From NCBI GenBank assembly GCA_004764695.1, contig SMSO01000031.1, positions 348,436 to 412,435 of the forward strand: DNA of 64,000 nt, read 5' to 3'. The notes beneath the pieces were generated by a model, which saw only the letters and a list, made by a program, of their open reading frames with translations, was not told the DNA's origin and ran no database searches. The translations under genes and the position numbers were made by a program. This document shows positions 23,202 to 35,229 of the stretch, piece by piece (positions within the stretch are counted from its first letter, which is position 1; every line of letters begins with the position of its first letter). This DNA is from Schizochytrium sp. TIO01 (taxonomy: Eukaryota > Protista > Bigyra: Labyrinthulomycetes).

Positions 23202-24812
23202 CTATCGGTTTTTCACTCTCATGCGTCTCTCCTCTTTAAGTAAATGGTCAAACTGTGTATGGTGCGAGTTCCGCTTCGCTGGGCCGGTCGCGTTGGTAAC
23301 TTTGGGTAGCTTATTAGCATGGTGTCGACCTCTTGGAGAATCCTTGGTTTCATTTCGAGGGCCACGTAAGTTGTGGCACTGGTGGTTAGGGAGCACTGGC
23401 TGTGTTTCGAAAACATCGTAGGAATCCGAGCAAGAGCTTGAGAGACTTTCCGAGTCTTCAAAGTCAACATCTGGAGGTCCTCCAAAGACGATCGTATCAG
23501 GTGCAAGAGAACTGCGATCAGGAAAAACATCTGCTCCTGCTAAAATTGGACGCTCCACTGCGTCAGGCCGTTCGTTAATCTGAGTTGGCATACCCTCTTG
23601 CTTGGCGATGTACATGTGTGCATTTTTCTGGGTTGATTTACTTTTAGGTTGTCTGGTTTGATTGGGCAAAGGCTTATGCGTTTTAATATTAGTTATTCCG
23701 TGTTTTCCGCTTGGACCAGGAACACCATTCCCTCGTTTCGCTTGGTTTACATATGGCAATGTCAAACCAGACTTATCGTTAGCACGAGGAGACCCGTGCA
23801 CTGGAATTACACGTTTCTCTACTCTGTTTTTTTTCAACTTTTTATGAGTGAATTGGTTCTGGGTTCGAGGTGTTAAAGAAGACGAGGAAGTTTGGCCTAA
23901 TGAAGATTCTGACTCGTCGGAATCTGAATCGCTAGGCAAGCCACCAAAAACATAGGTTCCCTTCACATTGGATTTGGAAGGGAAGATTTCGCTCGATTCC
24001 ACCATTGCAGGTCGATCAACTGCATCCGGCCTTGCAACCGGCGCAGATGACACGAAACCACCATGCCCTGGAGCAGAACGATGTCCTTCTCGGAGATTTG
24101 CAAGCATGGCATCGTCATTCTGGTCATCATGATCTTGCACTAAAATATCATGAAACGCCTTTTCAAGGTCTTCAACAGATGAATCATCCGAATCATGCGA
24201 TAGTGGTTCCATAATCTTGTTTTGTTGATTTTGTGGAGACTGTGATGATTTTATATTCGCATGTATACTAATAGAGAGGTTTGGTTGAATAGTGGGTGAA
24301 GGTTTTTTGGATGGTGGTACACCACGTGAAGGTCCAGCGATATCAATTTTTATGTTATATCCTGTGTCGATCTTATATGAAGGTTGTGTTTGTACTCCAT
24401 GCGGAGTTGGTAAATCTGATGCTTGATTCTGGGTTGTCTTCTGTATCCTTGCATTCAGCTGTTTATCTAAGAGCACAACACGCTCAATAATGTCAGCAAG
24501 AACAAATTTAACTGTATTACAAATGAGTCTTTCTTCTTCTGTCTGGTCTTCGCTGCAATCTTGCGATAAAACTTGAAAAGGGTCAGGTCCAGGAGCATAT
24601 TGTGATTGTGAAGAGGGTAACCACCTCTGTGTAGCACGAGTAATGGAGCTCTCCACAGCAAGGCTGTCTATATCTGATGTAGTATTTTCACGTCCCGAGT
24701 TAGTGAGCGCATCAGCTGAAAGGTACGAAATACATGCTAATGACTGAGATGAGGATGAGTTTGGTAAAACAAGCTCATTTAGCTCAACGTCGCTGTCAAA
24801 AGAGCTACTCAT
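23202..24812 (-). CDS. Hypothetical disordered protein with a duplicated ~45-aa motif
   Basis: 536-codon ATG ORF, S/P/D-rich, with two RPDAV.RP...IFP...VFGG.P units. Confidence 0.72.
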   Translation of the reverse strand: MSSSFDSDVELNELVLPNSSSSQSLACISYLSADALTNSGRENTTSDIDSLAVESSITRATQRWLPSSQSQYAPGPDPFQVLSQDCSEDQTEEERLICNTVKFVLADIIERVVLLDKQLNARIQKTTQNQASDLPTPHGVQTQPSYKIDTGYNIKIDIAGPSRGVPPSKKPSPTIQPNLSISIHANIKSSQSPQNQQNKIMEPLSHDSDDSSVEDLEKAFHDILVQDHDDQNDDAMLANLREGHRSAPGHGGFVSSAPVARPDAVDRPAMVESSEIFPSKSNVKGTYVFGGLPSDSDSDESESSLGQTSSSSLTPRTQNQFTHKKLKKNRVEKRVIPVHGSPRANDKSGLTLPYVNQAKRGNGVPGPSGKHGITNIKTHKPLPNQTRQPKSKSTQKNAHMYIAKQEGMPTQINERPDAVERPILAGADVFPDRSSLAPDTIVFGGPPDVDFEDSESLSSSCSDSYDVFETQPVLPNHQCHNLRGPRNETKDSPRGRHHANKLPKVTNATGPAKRNSHHTQFDHLLKEERRMRVKNR

Positions 24813-25886
24813 GGCCTTTTGTCCGGATGATCGAACTTGTTTGAAGAAGCTATGGAGGAGTTAGTTGCAGCATCTAATTATATACAATATCCATGCGAGG
24901 AACTCTCCTGCTTCTCTGTTAGTATGTAGTCACTCCGACAGTAGGGGAAAAGGTTCTATCCCTCAAGGGTGTGTACCAACATATTTGTTCAAATTTTCAT
25001 ACACTCTTCGATGTCAAGAAATCCGTTACAAAGGCTATCTCAGGATTCGTTTTACCAGTCGTGTGTAACAATGGGGACATAGGACAAGTTTTTTAATTGC
25101 TTGAGGGATGAATGCCTGCGAGGTGTACTTTTTTTAAAATATTTATGACTAGATCGTAGTAAAAGTCTTCACTATGTAAGAGAATCGAGGTCGTACATTT
25201 TTTTTGCGAATCCTTTTTTGTGGAAAAGTTCCTGAGCATGTTTTGTATTGGATATCTGGCATGGAGGGTTAAACGCTGCTGAATAATTTAACAGAAGTTT
25301 GTGTATAGTGCTTAACATGAACTCGATAGAATAAGGAGAATGAAAGATTATGTTAAAAAGCAGATATCAGGCAGGGCAAAAACCAGATGAGAAAATCGTG
25401 TAGCTGGGAAGCCTGACAGAGGGCCTACATACTGTTTATGAGTTTGCAACATACTGTTGTTTCTTACTGTGGAGGATAATAATTGCCTTTATGCCCCCTA
25501 TATATATCAGGGTCTTCCACCTCAATGCAACATTTTTGTCTGCAAAATAGCGCTTGTACCTCTGAAGTGTTTGCAAGTTGAGTTTTAATAGAGCTAGAAG
25601 AGTCTATGAGGGATTGGAATTAAAATGTCTCGCCCGGGGTAACGCTTATACCTAATAATGTGGGATTGGGGTTTTGAAGATTAGGCATCTTTATATTGTT
25701 TATATTATGTTGTGAAGAGTGGAGGAGGGCTTTAGTCTCTACAAGCGCCGTGATGGAGACACTTACAGTAGGTAGGTTTGCGCAATTGATTCTTTCATAG
25801 TTTGGTCTTGAAATAAGAGAGAAAGGTTGCAAAACATGTTAAAAGGATAAAACAAAATGGAATTCATAGAGATACTTTGGACTGTA

Positions 25887-28011
25887 TTAATGTTCCATTG
25901 CAGCGGAAGCATTAATAAAAAGATCCGATAGATCGTCTACGCCCTGGATTTCCAGATTATTCTCGTTCGCGAGATGCAAAAGGCTGATGAAGTAAAAGGG
26001 AACAGTGACTTGGTTGTTGGCAATTTTAGGGGCCAGGTGCTCGACGGATTTCGAGAAAGAAATTTCCGTGTTATCGGGGGCACTTTCATGCTGATCTTCA
26101 ATTTCAGTCCAAATAGTATCCTTAAGCTTTTTCACATCGACACGCTTGGCTTTACGCGCATAGTCAACATGGATTTTTTCGAGAACGTGACTAGGTTGAA
26201 CAAAGTCATTCTCGCCGTAGTCATCATCATAATCATCAGCACCACCTCCAAAACCTCCATCAGTGCCCCCCATATCGAGATCAGCACCGTCAAAGTTATC
26301 AAAGTAGCCTGCGTCATGGTCATCTGCTTGACTTGCGTTTTCACCTTACCCCTTGACCTGAGGTGCGGCGTCCACCACGTTGTAGAATTTCAGAAATGAC
26401 TACCGGTTTCAAAAACAGCTTGCACAAATCCTGAATTGTGTAGTGAAGATCCTGAGGCAAGTCACTAGCCCGGGCCGCCTGCTGTGTCTTCTTGGACAGA
26501 CTGATGGTAGCTGGACGAGCAACCTGTTCCGGGACAGGTTCTTCTTCTTCCTCCTCACCTTCGTCAGGGCCCACAGGGGCGGTCCATTCAGGTGCGTCGA
26601 AGTCAACCCAGAAGGCCTTCTTAGACACACGAGGCGCACGCGTACGAGTTCCTTGTGGGGCATCTCGCTTGCGACCGAATCGCCAATAAGAAGGGCCTGC
26701 CCAGTTGGCATTTCGCGCGTTGGCCGAATCGTTCTTAAAAAAGCTGTACGCGTCGAACTGAGTAAAATCGATTTCTTCATGTACTTCGCGTCTGCCTTGA
26801 GTTCCATTCTTGGTATATCCTCTGGCAGTCTCGTCATCTACAGCACTTGTACTAGACCAAGCTGGGGTTGCCTCGCTTCCGCCAAAACCATCTTCCTCTT
26901 CGAAATCATCAGCCATAGGCTCGTCGTTCATCCACTCATTCTCATAGACAAATCCATCATCCTCGTCAGAGTAAGCACCCGCTAAAGAAGGGCTCGTGAT
27001 GGCCGCTTGTGCTTTGTTGATTCTTGATGCCGCAGCCTCTTCATTTCTGCTGGCTTCAAGAGCTTCCTCTTCGAGTTCCCCGTCCATGTCGATTGCGACC
27101 GGTTCGTCTCCAAGAGCACGGAGATTTCGGTGCAAGAGTTCCAGGGATGGACACACCGGGGATGTGTTCGAATGCTCCACTGCCATATCCAGCGTGATAA
27201 AGGAGTCCAGTGCAGGGTTGATCCCCTCCTCTGTGTTCTCCTCCTCTGTGGTTTCTTCAGCTCGGGCATCTTCCATGCCCTCATCATCAAGTTCCTCCCG
27301 GTTCTTGTCTTCGTCCTGCACAGATTTATCTGGAGACTCAGAGTTTGCTTTCTTGTTGACATCTGTCGGAAAGGCCATAGTTTCACTGGTGTCGAAGATC
27401 ACGCGTGGACCATTGTGCACTCGAAGGTGGTTTAGCAGAAGGCCTCGGGCACCTCCTGCGTCAAAGGTCTTTGACATTTTGCGAAAAAGCGGGTCGACTT
27501 CGTATTCGCGCTCGACAGCACCCTGGAACGTGATGTTGGAGAGGTTTGATTCCAGAAAAGTGGACATAGACGTGTTGCCTCCTTTGCGGCGGGTTTCACG
27601 ACTTTCTTCAGCGTCGTTGGCAGCTCCCACGCGCGTGCGATTGACATTCTCAAGCATCTTGAAGGTGTCTTGGTGCGTGGAGTCCACGCGCTTCTCGTAG
27701 ATTTGTACAGAGGCCTGTAGGGTGCGGCTCGCCGTCTGGAAAGAGCCCTGGTGCTGGTCGAGGACATCGTCGATGTGGTCAATGAGGTCGAGACTCCAGG
27801 AATTCTTGAGGTTCACCTTGTTCGTGGAGCACATTGTCATCACAGAGCTAAAATCATAGTTCACGCCAGGACGTTTGGCCTTTTTCGCTGAGCTCGCGCC
27901 CTGTCGTGCCAGAGTCTTGCGTCGTTCGCGTCGCTCTCGAGCATCGTCATTAGAGATGTCCACCAAGATGGCGGCTCCAGCGCCCAGCGACTTGCGTCTT
28001 CCTGCGCCCAT
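25887..28011 (-). CDS. NCAPH: Condensin I kleisin subunit (CAP-H/barren/Brn1), one apparent frameshift near 26346-26352
   Basis: NKVNLKNSWSLDLID, FQTASRTLQASVQIYEKRVDS, DPLFRKMSKTFDAGGARGLLL, NWAGPSYWRF. C-terminal YARKAKRVDVKKLK...FISLLHLANENNL. Confidence 0.93.
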
Positions 28012-30607
28012 CGTGCCAACCCAAACAACCTCAAGCAGCGAATCCTCTACGTTGTGATCCGATTCTGCTACGTCAGAGTCGGAGTCCTCTACAACTCACG
28101 ATCGACAACCCGCGATCGATACTCTGCGATCGATAATAAAATATCGATGATCAAAGTATCGATCTCACGGCGGTTGCACAGAATTGCAAATTCTGAAGGC
28201 GTTAGACACCGCGTTAGTTCTGCTTATCAATGATTAACAAGGTCCTAGTGGACACTAAACTAAGATAGGAAGAACTCAAACTAGAACCCGAGCTAGAACT
28301 GGTTGCCCTCTTTTCCCAAATACTGCACTAAAACAGCAACACTAACGACAACAACACGACCACAACGACAGCAAACTCGTTGTGAGAGAAAGAAGTAATT
28401 CATGTTCGAAAGTCTTCCTTCTGTAAGAGCAAATTACTTTGTTTGTTTGGGCATAGGCACCTACTCGATCTCACATGTAATAGTTTTTTCTTTTTTTCTT
28501 TTCCAGTTAGGTCCTTTTGGATCGTTTTTAATTGGAAGAGGTCTATTTTGCTTCTGGTTCTTGTTTTCAGTAAAATAGTTCTGGTAAAAGCCGAGAGCGG
28601 GAAAGAAGAATTCCTACCGTCCGAAAACCTTTTTTAGCTCAGCCTTGCATTTATGATGGTGATTAGTTATGCTATGTAAATAACAAAGAACAAGGTAATC
28701 AACTGTTTTGGTCATTGAGACATAAACAGATGCTCTTGCATCTAATCAAGAGGTTAGTACTGGTAGCCAGACCCGTCCTACACTGCAAAAGACCACAGAG
28801 CCGGGCCTTGGCATAGAGGAAGTAGAGTCCGTCTCACTGTTGAACTTGAGTATCCTTGATATATTTGAAACCTTCTAAAACCTATATGTAAATATCTCAG
28901 CGCTAAAACATAGAATTTGGTCCATACCGAAGCGTACAGCAGACCCTCACGATACTACGAACATGCGCGTGATATATATAGAGAGATTTCGTAGCTCAAA
29001 ACGTCTCTTCATACCATGCATAACATTGATTCTCTGATCGCAAAGTTGAAGTCCTTGCTATGCAGTTTTCCAGATGTGATAAAGCTCTTTCTTGTTTTTG
29101 TAACGAACCAATGATCGATAGCTGTAATAAAAAGATCATACTCTGTAAGCGAGGATTTAAGGTTTTACCCAAGATAATCATTACGAAGAGCAGGAAACCG
29201 TAAGGAGAGGAAACATAAACTAGAAGAAGTGAACTTGGAATAATGTTCATTGCTAATCTGCAGCACTGTTTCGGGGCCCATATTGCAAAATCAGGAAACC
29301 GGGCTCAGACAGAAGAAGTTGAAGATTCCAGTATTATTCGTATTAGCTGAAACACAGAAGTTACCCTGAAATCGCTCACGATTAAGTGATTTTTAGTTTA
29401 TACATTCTGTACTGTATCAAAGTGTTTATAGGGTTTAAAGCAACCACTGAAGTTCATCTCATGGATTGAATTGAAAAAGGAAGCTGCGGGTGTTCTGTGC
29501 TGTTTGCTATCAAGTACCTTGTACCTTGCAGAAATTGATCCCTCTTGCGTATTCCGAAAACATTGAGGGTTTATTTCAACCTACTTGGTTTCGGGAATTA
29601 GTTTGAAAACTAGTGCCATATTATTACTGTTATTAATATATATAAATATAAAATCTTTAATTTTTGAATCTTTAAAAAACTTAAAAATCATTAACATTCA
29701 ATTCATAAAAAGGCCGAGTAAGTAAAGAAATAATCAAAATCCAAGAGAAGAGGAACGCAAGGGTCCCTAAATTCCTTACCTCCAACTCCATAGAACTGGG
29801 AATGCTTCGAGCCTGTCCCTACTATCCTCCTATCCTATTCACTAATACCCCTGGCCTCTCCCCAATCGATCAAAAAACTTTCAAGCCCACACTCTCGGTC
29901 TTGTATGAGCCTCGCCTCGAACCTCCTCTCAATACACCTGGTCCTCATTATCATGCCCCCTCTTGCTGCGCTGAGCTACTCCTAAAGATTGTGGTATACA
30001 GTGCTACTGCTGCTTCGTCTAATTGGTCTGCAGCTGGAGCGACTCCTAGTGAGGTCTTACCGCAGCTACGCCCAGCTCTATCGGTCTATCTCTGTATCTC
30101 TGTGCTACGCATGTACGTCTGTATCTTTGTATGAATGTATGATGTATGTACGTGTGTCTGTATGTCTGTATGTCTGCATGAATGTATGTATCATCTATGT
30201 TTGTATGTGTATCCACTCCTTCTTCTGCTCATTGCATTGCTTCTCTGGTGTTACATGCGTAGGTACGCACTAAGCACTCCATTTGCCTAAGTCTTCTTCT
30301 ATTGACTCCTCTTTCACATATCGCCTGTCCTAGTGCGCTTACCTACTAGAAACTATAGCACACCTGCTGCTGCTGCTGCTCGCCGATGGCCACGGCTACT
30401 ATCACTCTTAGGGATTAAGCTATGCGGTCTCGCTCTTAGCGCGGCATATGTTTCCCTTAGGGGACGTAGGCGCTCTGTTAGTATCAGTGCTGTGTCTGCT
30501 GATGATGCTGAGTTAGTTTGTTAGCGAGTGAGTTAGTGCGTGAGTTAGTGCGTGAGTGAGTTGGTTATTATTCATCCATTTGCTTCGGTATTTGTTGAGT
30601 GCAATGC

Positions 30608-30638
<31 letters not shown>

Positions 30639-31103
30639 CATTCATTCATTCATTTCGTCCATACAAACGTACACATATGAACACGTGCCAGCATTCGCCC
30701 ACTCCTGCTGGTTCTGCTTGGACCCTGCCAGCTAGCCTCGCTTGTTTCTTTCTTTGTCGCTTCGTTAGTTGCATTTTTGGCTTCGAGTTTCCTCTGCTTT
30801 GCTCTTCTCTTCTGCTTTGCTCCATCCTTTCACGGATTGCTCTGCTTTGCTCCACAGAGTCCGCGCTTTGCTCTACTGTGCGTCCCTGCCCCAGTGGGCT
30901 ATAGCTGCTATAACCCACTTTCCCCTGACGCCACAGTAGGTTATAGCCGATACTCGACTGTGGCCCGCACTCCTAGCTGTTCGCCTAGCCGCCCCCTAGC
31001 CCTGCTCGCCTCCTTGTTCCTATTGCTCTTTCTTTCTCTCTCTCTCTTGTTTCCCTTTCTTTCGTGGCGGCAGATCGCAACGGAGTGAGCGCAGCAGCAG
31101 CAG

Positions 31104-31863
31104 GTACGTGCGTGCGGGCATCAGGGGCGGCGGGCGGCGCAGGCGGGGCCCTCCGCCTCCTCGGGGGTGCAAGAGTCATCCCAAGCGGCGCAGGGCGCGC
31201 GGTGCGGCGGCGAGCGGCCTCGGACGGGCCGGCATGCAGACAACATGCTTGCATGCCTGGGTGCGAGGCATGCTGCTGCAGCAGCGAGTGCTAGATTTAT
31301 GGGTAGATGGGTACTAGGAGTCTGGCTGGCGGCCAGGCAGAGGGAGACAGGCGTGTGAGGAACAGAAAACTGACGAGGGATGGAAATTGCTGGTGCTTCG
31401 TGATGCGGTGCTCTGGGCGTGATGTGCGGTCGCCTCTGCTTGCTGCGGATGGTGGACTCGCGGCTATGTGATGGACTTGCTTGTGCCTCTATTTATTAAT
31501 GGCCTCTTTTCTGCCTTTTCACCTTTGTCTGTGCTCTTTTTTTTCTTTTTCTTTCTTTCTTTCTTCTTTGGTGATCTGATCTTCCTGTGGTGGTGGATTG
31601 TGGATGGTGGATTGTGGATGGCGAACGGCGAACTCCCTTGATCTTTTCACTCGTGGGTGGTGACGCTGCTCGTACCGGGTTTCGCTGTGTTCTTTTCTTT
31701 TGTTTTATATCTATTGTGGTTATGTGTTACATAACTATTTGTTCGGTTCTCGGTGGTGGAAATAATGATATGAAACTTGTTGTGTTGGATCCCGACACCC
31801 TTCGTGTCATCAATCATTACACGCGTGCTTGCTAATTACTTTGAGATTTTGATAGATTCACAG
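31104..31863 (+). other. Probable 5'-UTR intron of the Rieske gene
   Basis: Donor CAG|GTACGT at 31104, branch-like GCTAAT at 31831, acceptor TAG (31855) or CAG (31863) just before the ATG at 31881. Confidence 0.45.
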
Positions 31864-31880
31864 TCGTCATCTTTTGCAAA

Positions 31881-32802
31881 ATGATGTCCCTTCGCCTCGG
31901 CAACATGGCTCGCACCGCGGCCATCCGCAACGTCGCGGGCAACCAGACCCGCCTCAGCAGCAGCAAGGTTGTGGACACCATGGGATCCTACGACAAGAAC
32001 TTCGAGAACGCCGTGCCCAAGGGTGATGCCGATCGCCGTGAGTTCACTTACCTCGCTCTCGGTGGCGCTCGCTTCCTCTACGCTTCTGCTGCCCGTCTTG
32101 CGCTCATCAAGTTTGTCTCCACCATGAGCGCCTCCAAGGATGTCATGGCTATGGCCTCCCTCGAGGTCGAGCTTGCTAAGGTCGCTGAGGGCACCAGCAC
32201 TGTCGTCAAGTGGCGTGGTAAGCCCGTCTTTATCCGCAACCGCACTGAGGCTGAGATCAAGGACGCCAACAACGTCAACCTCAGCGAGCTCCGTGACCCC
32301 GAGGCCGATTCTGACCGTGTCATTGACCCCAAGTGGCTCGTCACCCTCGGTATCTGCACCCACCTTGGTTGCGTCCCCATCAGCAACGCCGGTAAGTGAA
32401 CCTTGTTTTGTTTTTCTTCGCGCATGAATGTTGATACAGTCATTGCATCTATTTATTTTTCGGTGTACACACTCTCTTGATCACAAAGAGGGAAGCCACT
32501 GAAAAGATAATTGGGATTGTTTATGTATTTTCATTGAGATAATTGAGGTGTTCGAGAATTGACTAACGTGAATCTGAATATGGCGGTGTTGACAATGATG
32601 ATCACAACTTTACCTATTGTGTACGTACGCCTGGGATAAAAAAAAAAAACTATAAACAGGTGACTACCACGGCTGGTTCTGCCCTTGCCACGGTTCCCAC
32701 TACGATGTGAGTGGCCGCATCCGTAAGGGCCCTGCCCCATTGAACCTCGAGGTGCCCCCCTACAAGTTCATGGAGGATGGCGCCAAGGTCCTCATTGGCT
32801 AG
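31881..32802 (+). CDS. UQCRFS1: Mitochondrial cytochrome bc1 Rieske iron-sulfur protein (exons 31881-32391, 32660-32802)
   Basis: [18 protein letters not shown] in exon 1 and [27 protein letters not shown] in exon 2. GTAAGT...CAG intron at 32392-32659. Arg-rich presequence. Confidence 0.97.
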
Positions 32803-33794
32803 ATGCAATATTTCCTGTTTCATGAAAGATTACCAGAGCGAGAGGAGCCAAGAGTCCGTTGTCGGCACACGGGCAATTCAGGCAATTGGAACCGTAGAGA
32901 CCCAATCTCGTCCATTGCGGCCTTTTCGAATTCCCTTCTCGCTGCACATTTGCTGAAGCTTTGCAAGAAGACGCACACACCCAAGATGAAGATGAATGGA
33001 GATGATCAAAAGGATGCCATGGGGCATTGGAGAGTTCGATCGGCTTCCGTCCCCATTCCAACGACGACCAAAACCAAACAACGTGAAGGAAAAGAGCAAA
33101 TGCAAACAAGAAGAAAGTGCAGTCAGTCGATGTTTAGCCCTCATATTCTTTATATCTCTCTTGCCCCCCTCTTCCAGTCTTGCCCTCCTCCTCCTTTCAG
33201 CTTGCGCTATCGCCCTACACTTCCTTGTTAAATTCTTGTAATGCTTTCTGTTTGCAACTTATTTGTCTCTTGTTGAAGTAGGTCACCTGAAGCATCGAGT
33301 TTTGATGTGACCAGCGTTTCCATCGAGTCTCTAGTTTGGCAGTCTAAAACGTGAAGTTGAGTAGATATTATTAGCGGCCTTACTGATAGTTTGTCAATTT
33401 TAGTTTTGTTGTCTACAGCAATTTAATCTGTTAAAATATTGCATTTGCTTCAGTAATTCTCCCAAACATGCTTGATTTGGAGAAGTAGACGATATATTTA
33501 AATTAAATTAAATTTTGGGAACAAAAGAAAAAAAAAAAAAAAAAAGGACTACAGGAAATCGAATATGCATAATATCTTCTAAAATTTTCCTATTATACCA
33601 CGCAACCAATGCGCATCGATGACGGCAATTTAAAAATGATAGAAACCAGCATTATAAAAGGTTGAAAAATGTTCTTACACGCAGTCACGAAAATGTACAC
33701 GATAGTAGATGCTTGCTTTTACCTTTTCGCCCCTTCAATTTGTTAGTACCAGAAGAACTTCCCTTAAAGCCAATAGAAGAGTAAAAAAATACGT

Positions 33795-34355
33795 TTATCC
33801 CTCAAACTCCTCAAGCCTCTCCTTTAGCTCTTGATTTGCCTTCGCCAACTGCTCAATAATTTTCTTCAGCTCGGCATTATCCTCTTTTAATGACTCATTT
33901 TCTTGCTGAAGAGCCTCAATATTTACTCCTCGAGGAGCACCAAAGTACCTCTTGATGTAGTCGATAGCCTGGGGTGGCTTTTCAGGTTCCTCATACAAAC
34001 CGACAAGTACTGATGGCATGAAAAACATATACATAGATTTATCGTCAGGGTTATGCTGTCAAGATCCCCCACCAAACTTTGTAAAAACAAACGTACCTTT
34101 TGTAATTCCCTCTACAACACCTGACTTCTCCAAATATTTACGATACTCCTCCTTCTTTTCCTCTGGTTTCTAACATTTGCGAACGTAGGAGAGGTATCCA
34201 TCCCATTAGTTAGTGCTTCCAATCAAGACACGAAAGTTGCATGCACTACTATTTGTTGTGAATCTCCGACCCAACTTCTCTTGACTCGGCTGCACCTCAC
34301 TTACCAAGTATCGTTGTTGCGTAGATGAGTTTGTAGTTGTCGTTTGAGTTGACAT
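33795..34355 (-). CDS. MYCBP: c-Myc-binding protein (MYCBP/AMY-1) homolog (exons 34355-34305, 34169-34097, 34009-33795)
   Basis: Spliced product KKEEYRKYLEKSGVVEGITKVLVGLYEEPEKPPQAIDYIK plus coiled coil. Both GT-AG introns keep the frame. Confidence 0.9.
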
Positions 34356-35229
34356 CTTCTCTTGTCACAAAAAGGCGTGTCTGCTTTCTCCTCAGGACTA
34401 AGCACAAGACGCCCCGCCCCCTCTGTCACGTGGGCCAAACCTAGTCAATCCCTACTTTGCTGAAAACCAACACTCGATACTGCTCTTGTTCAAGCCTTTC
34501 TGGTCTTGACCTCTTCTCTATTGCTCTCAAAGGTACTCAGTCTTCTCCGAACGGTCATATTATAAAAATCAAGTCCAAGGTCTAAAATGCGTTGCGCACA
34601 ATAGTACTATGCAAATTCATAGATGATAATACAAAAGGGACGAAGGGCAGGGTTCATTTATTACATACAAATCAGCCATGCGTGATAAAAAATGCGTATA
34701 TTATTTATTTATGCTGCATCTCGACATCAAATGATCCAAAAGAAGTGGTGGCAGGTAAACTGCTGATGGGCGTCGCTCAGCAGAGAGGACGCACAAGCTG
34801 CCAAGTCCAATAAACCAAAACAGGTCTCATGTATAGTTATTTTTTTTTCTTTTGTGAGTATGTTTTCTTTTTCGTCCTCGACGAGGGCGACAGCCTTTCG
34901 CTGGAGTTGAACTACAACGTTGATAAGTTGGTAGGTAGGTAAAGTATATCGTTCGCATTGAAGAGTCGAAGGGGTGAAATAACTAAATCTCTGCTGCTCA
35001 ATACAAATTAAAAACTACTTGATAGATCAGGCAGCTCATCTTTCATATTTTGCACGAATGAAGCGAGAGAAAAAAAAGGTTTGTGTTAATGGTACTCCAC
35101 TTCAATTGCATCACCCACTCACAGTTGCCTTCTATCGTATGGCGGATAATCCAAAAAAGGAAAAGGAAAAGCAAAAAAAAGATAATGCAGTAACGAAAGC
35201 GAAGGAGGGCTGTGTTGCAAGGAGCTTAC

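Noticed and set aside
26300-26352. Tiny intron starting at GTAAG to explain the CAP-H break
   Set aside because: The nearby AG acceptors I tested (18, 23, 26, 41 nt) do not restore the downstream frame.
30885-30905. Iron-responsive element (CAGTG) upstream of the Rieske gene
   Set aside because: The flanks do not form the 5-bp upper stem with a bulged C around a six-base loop.
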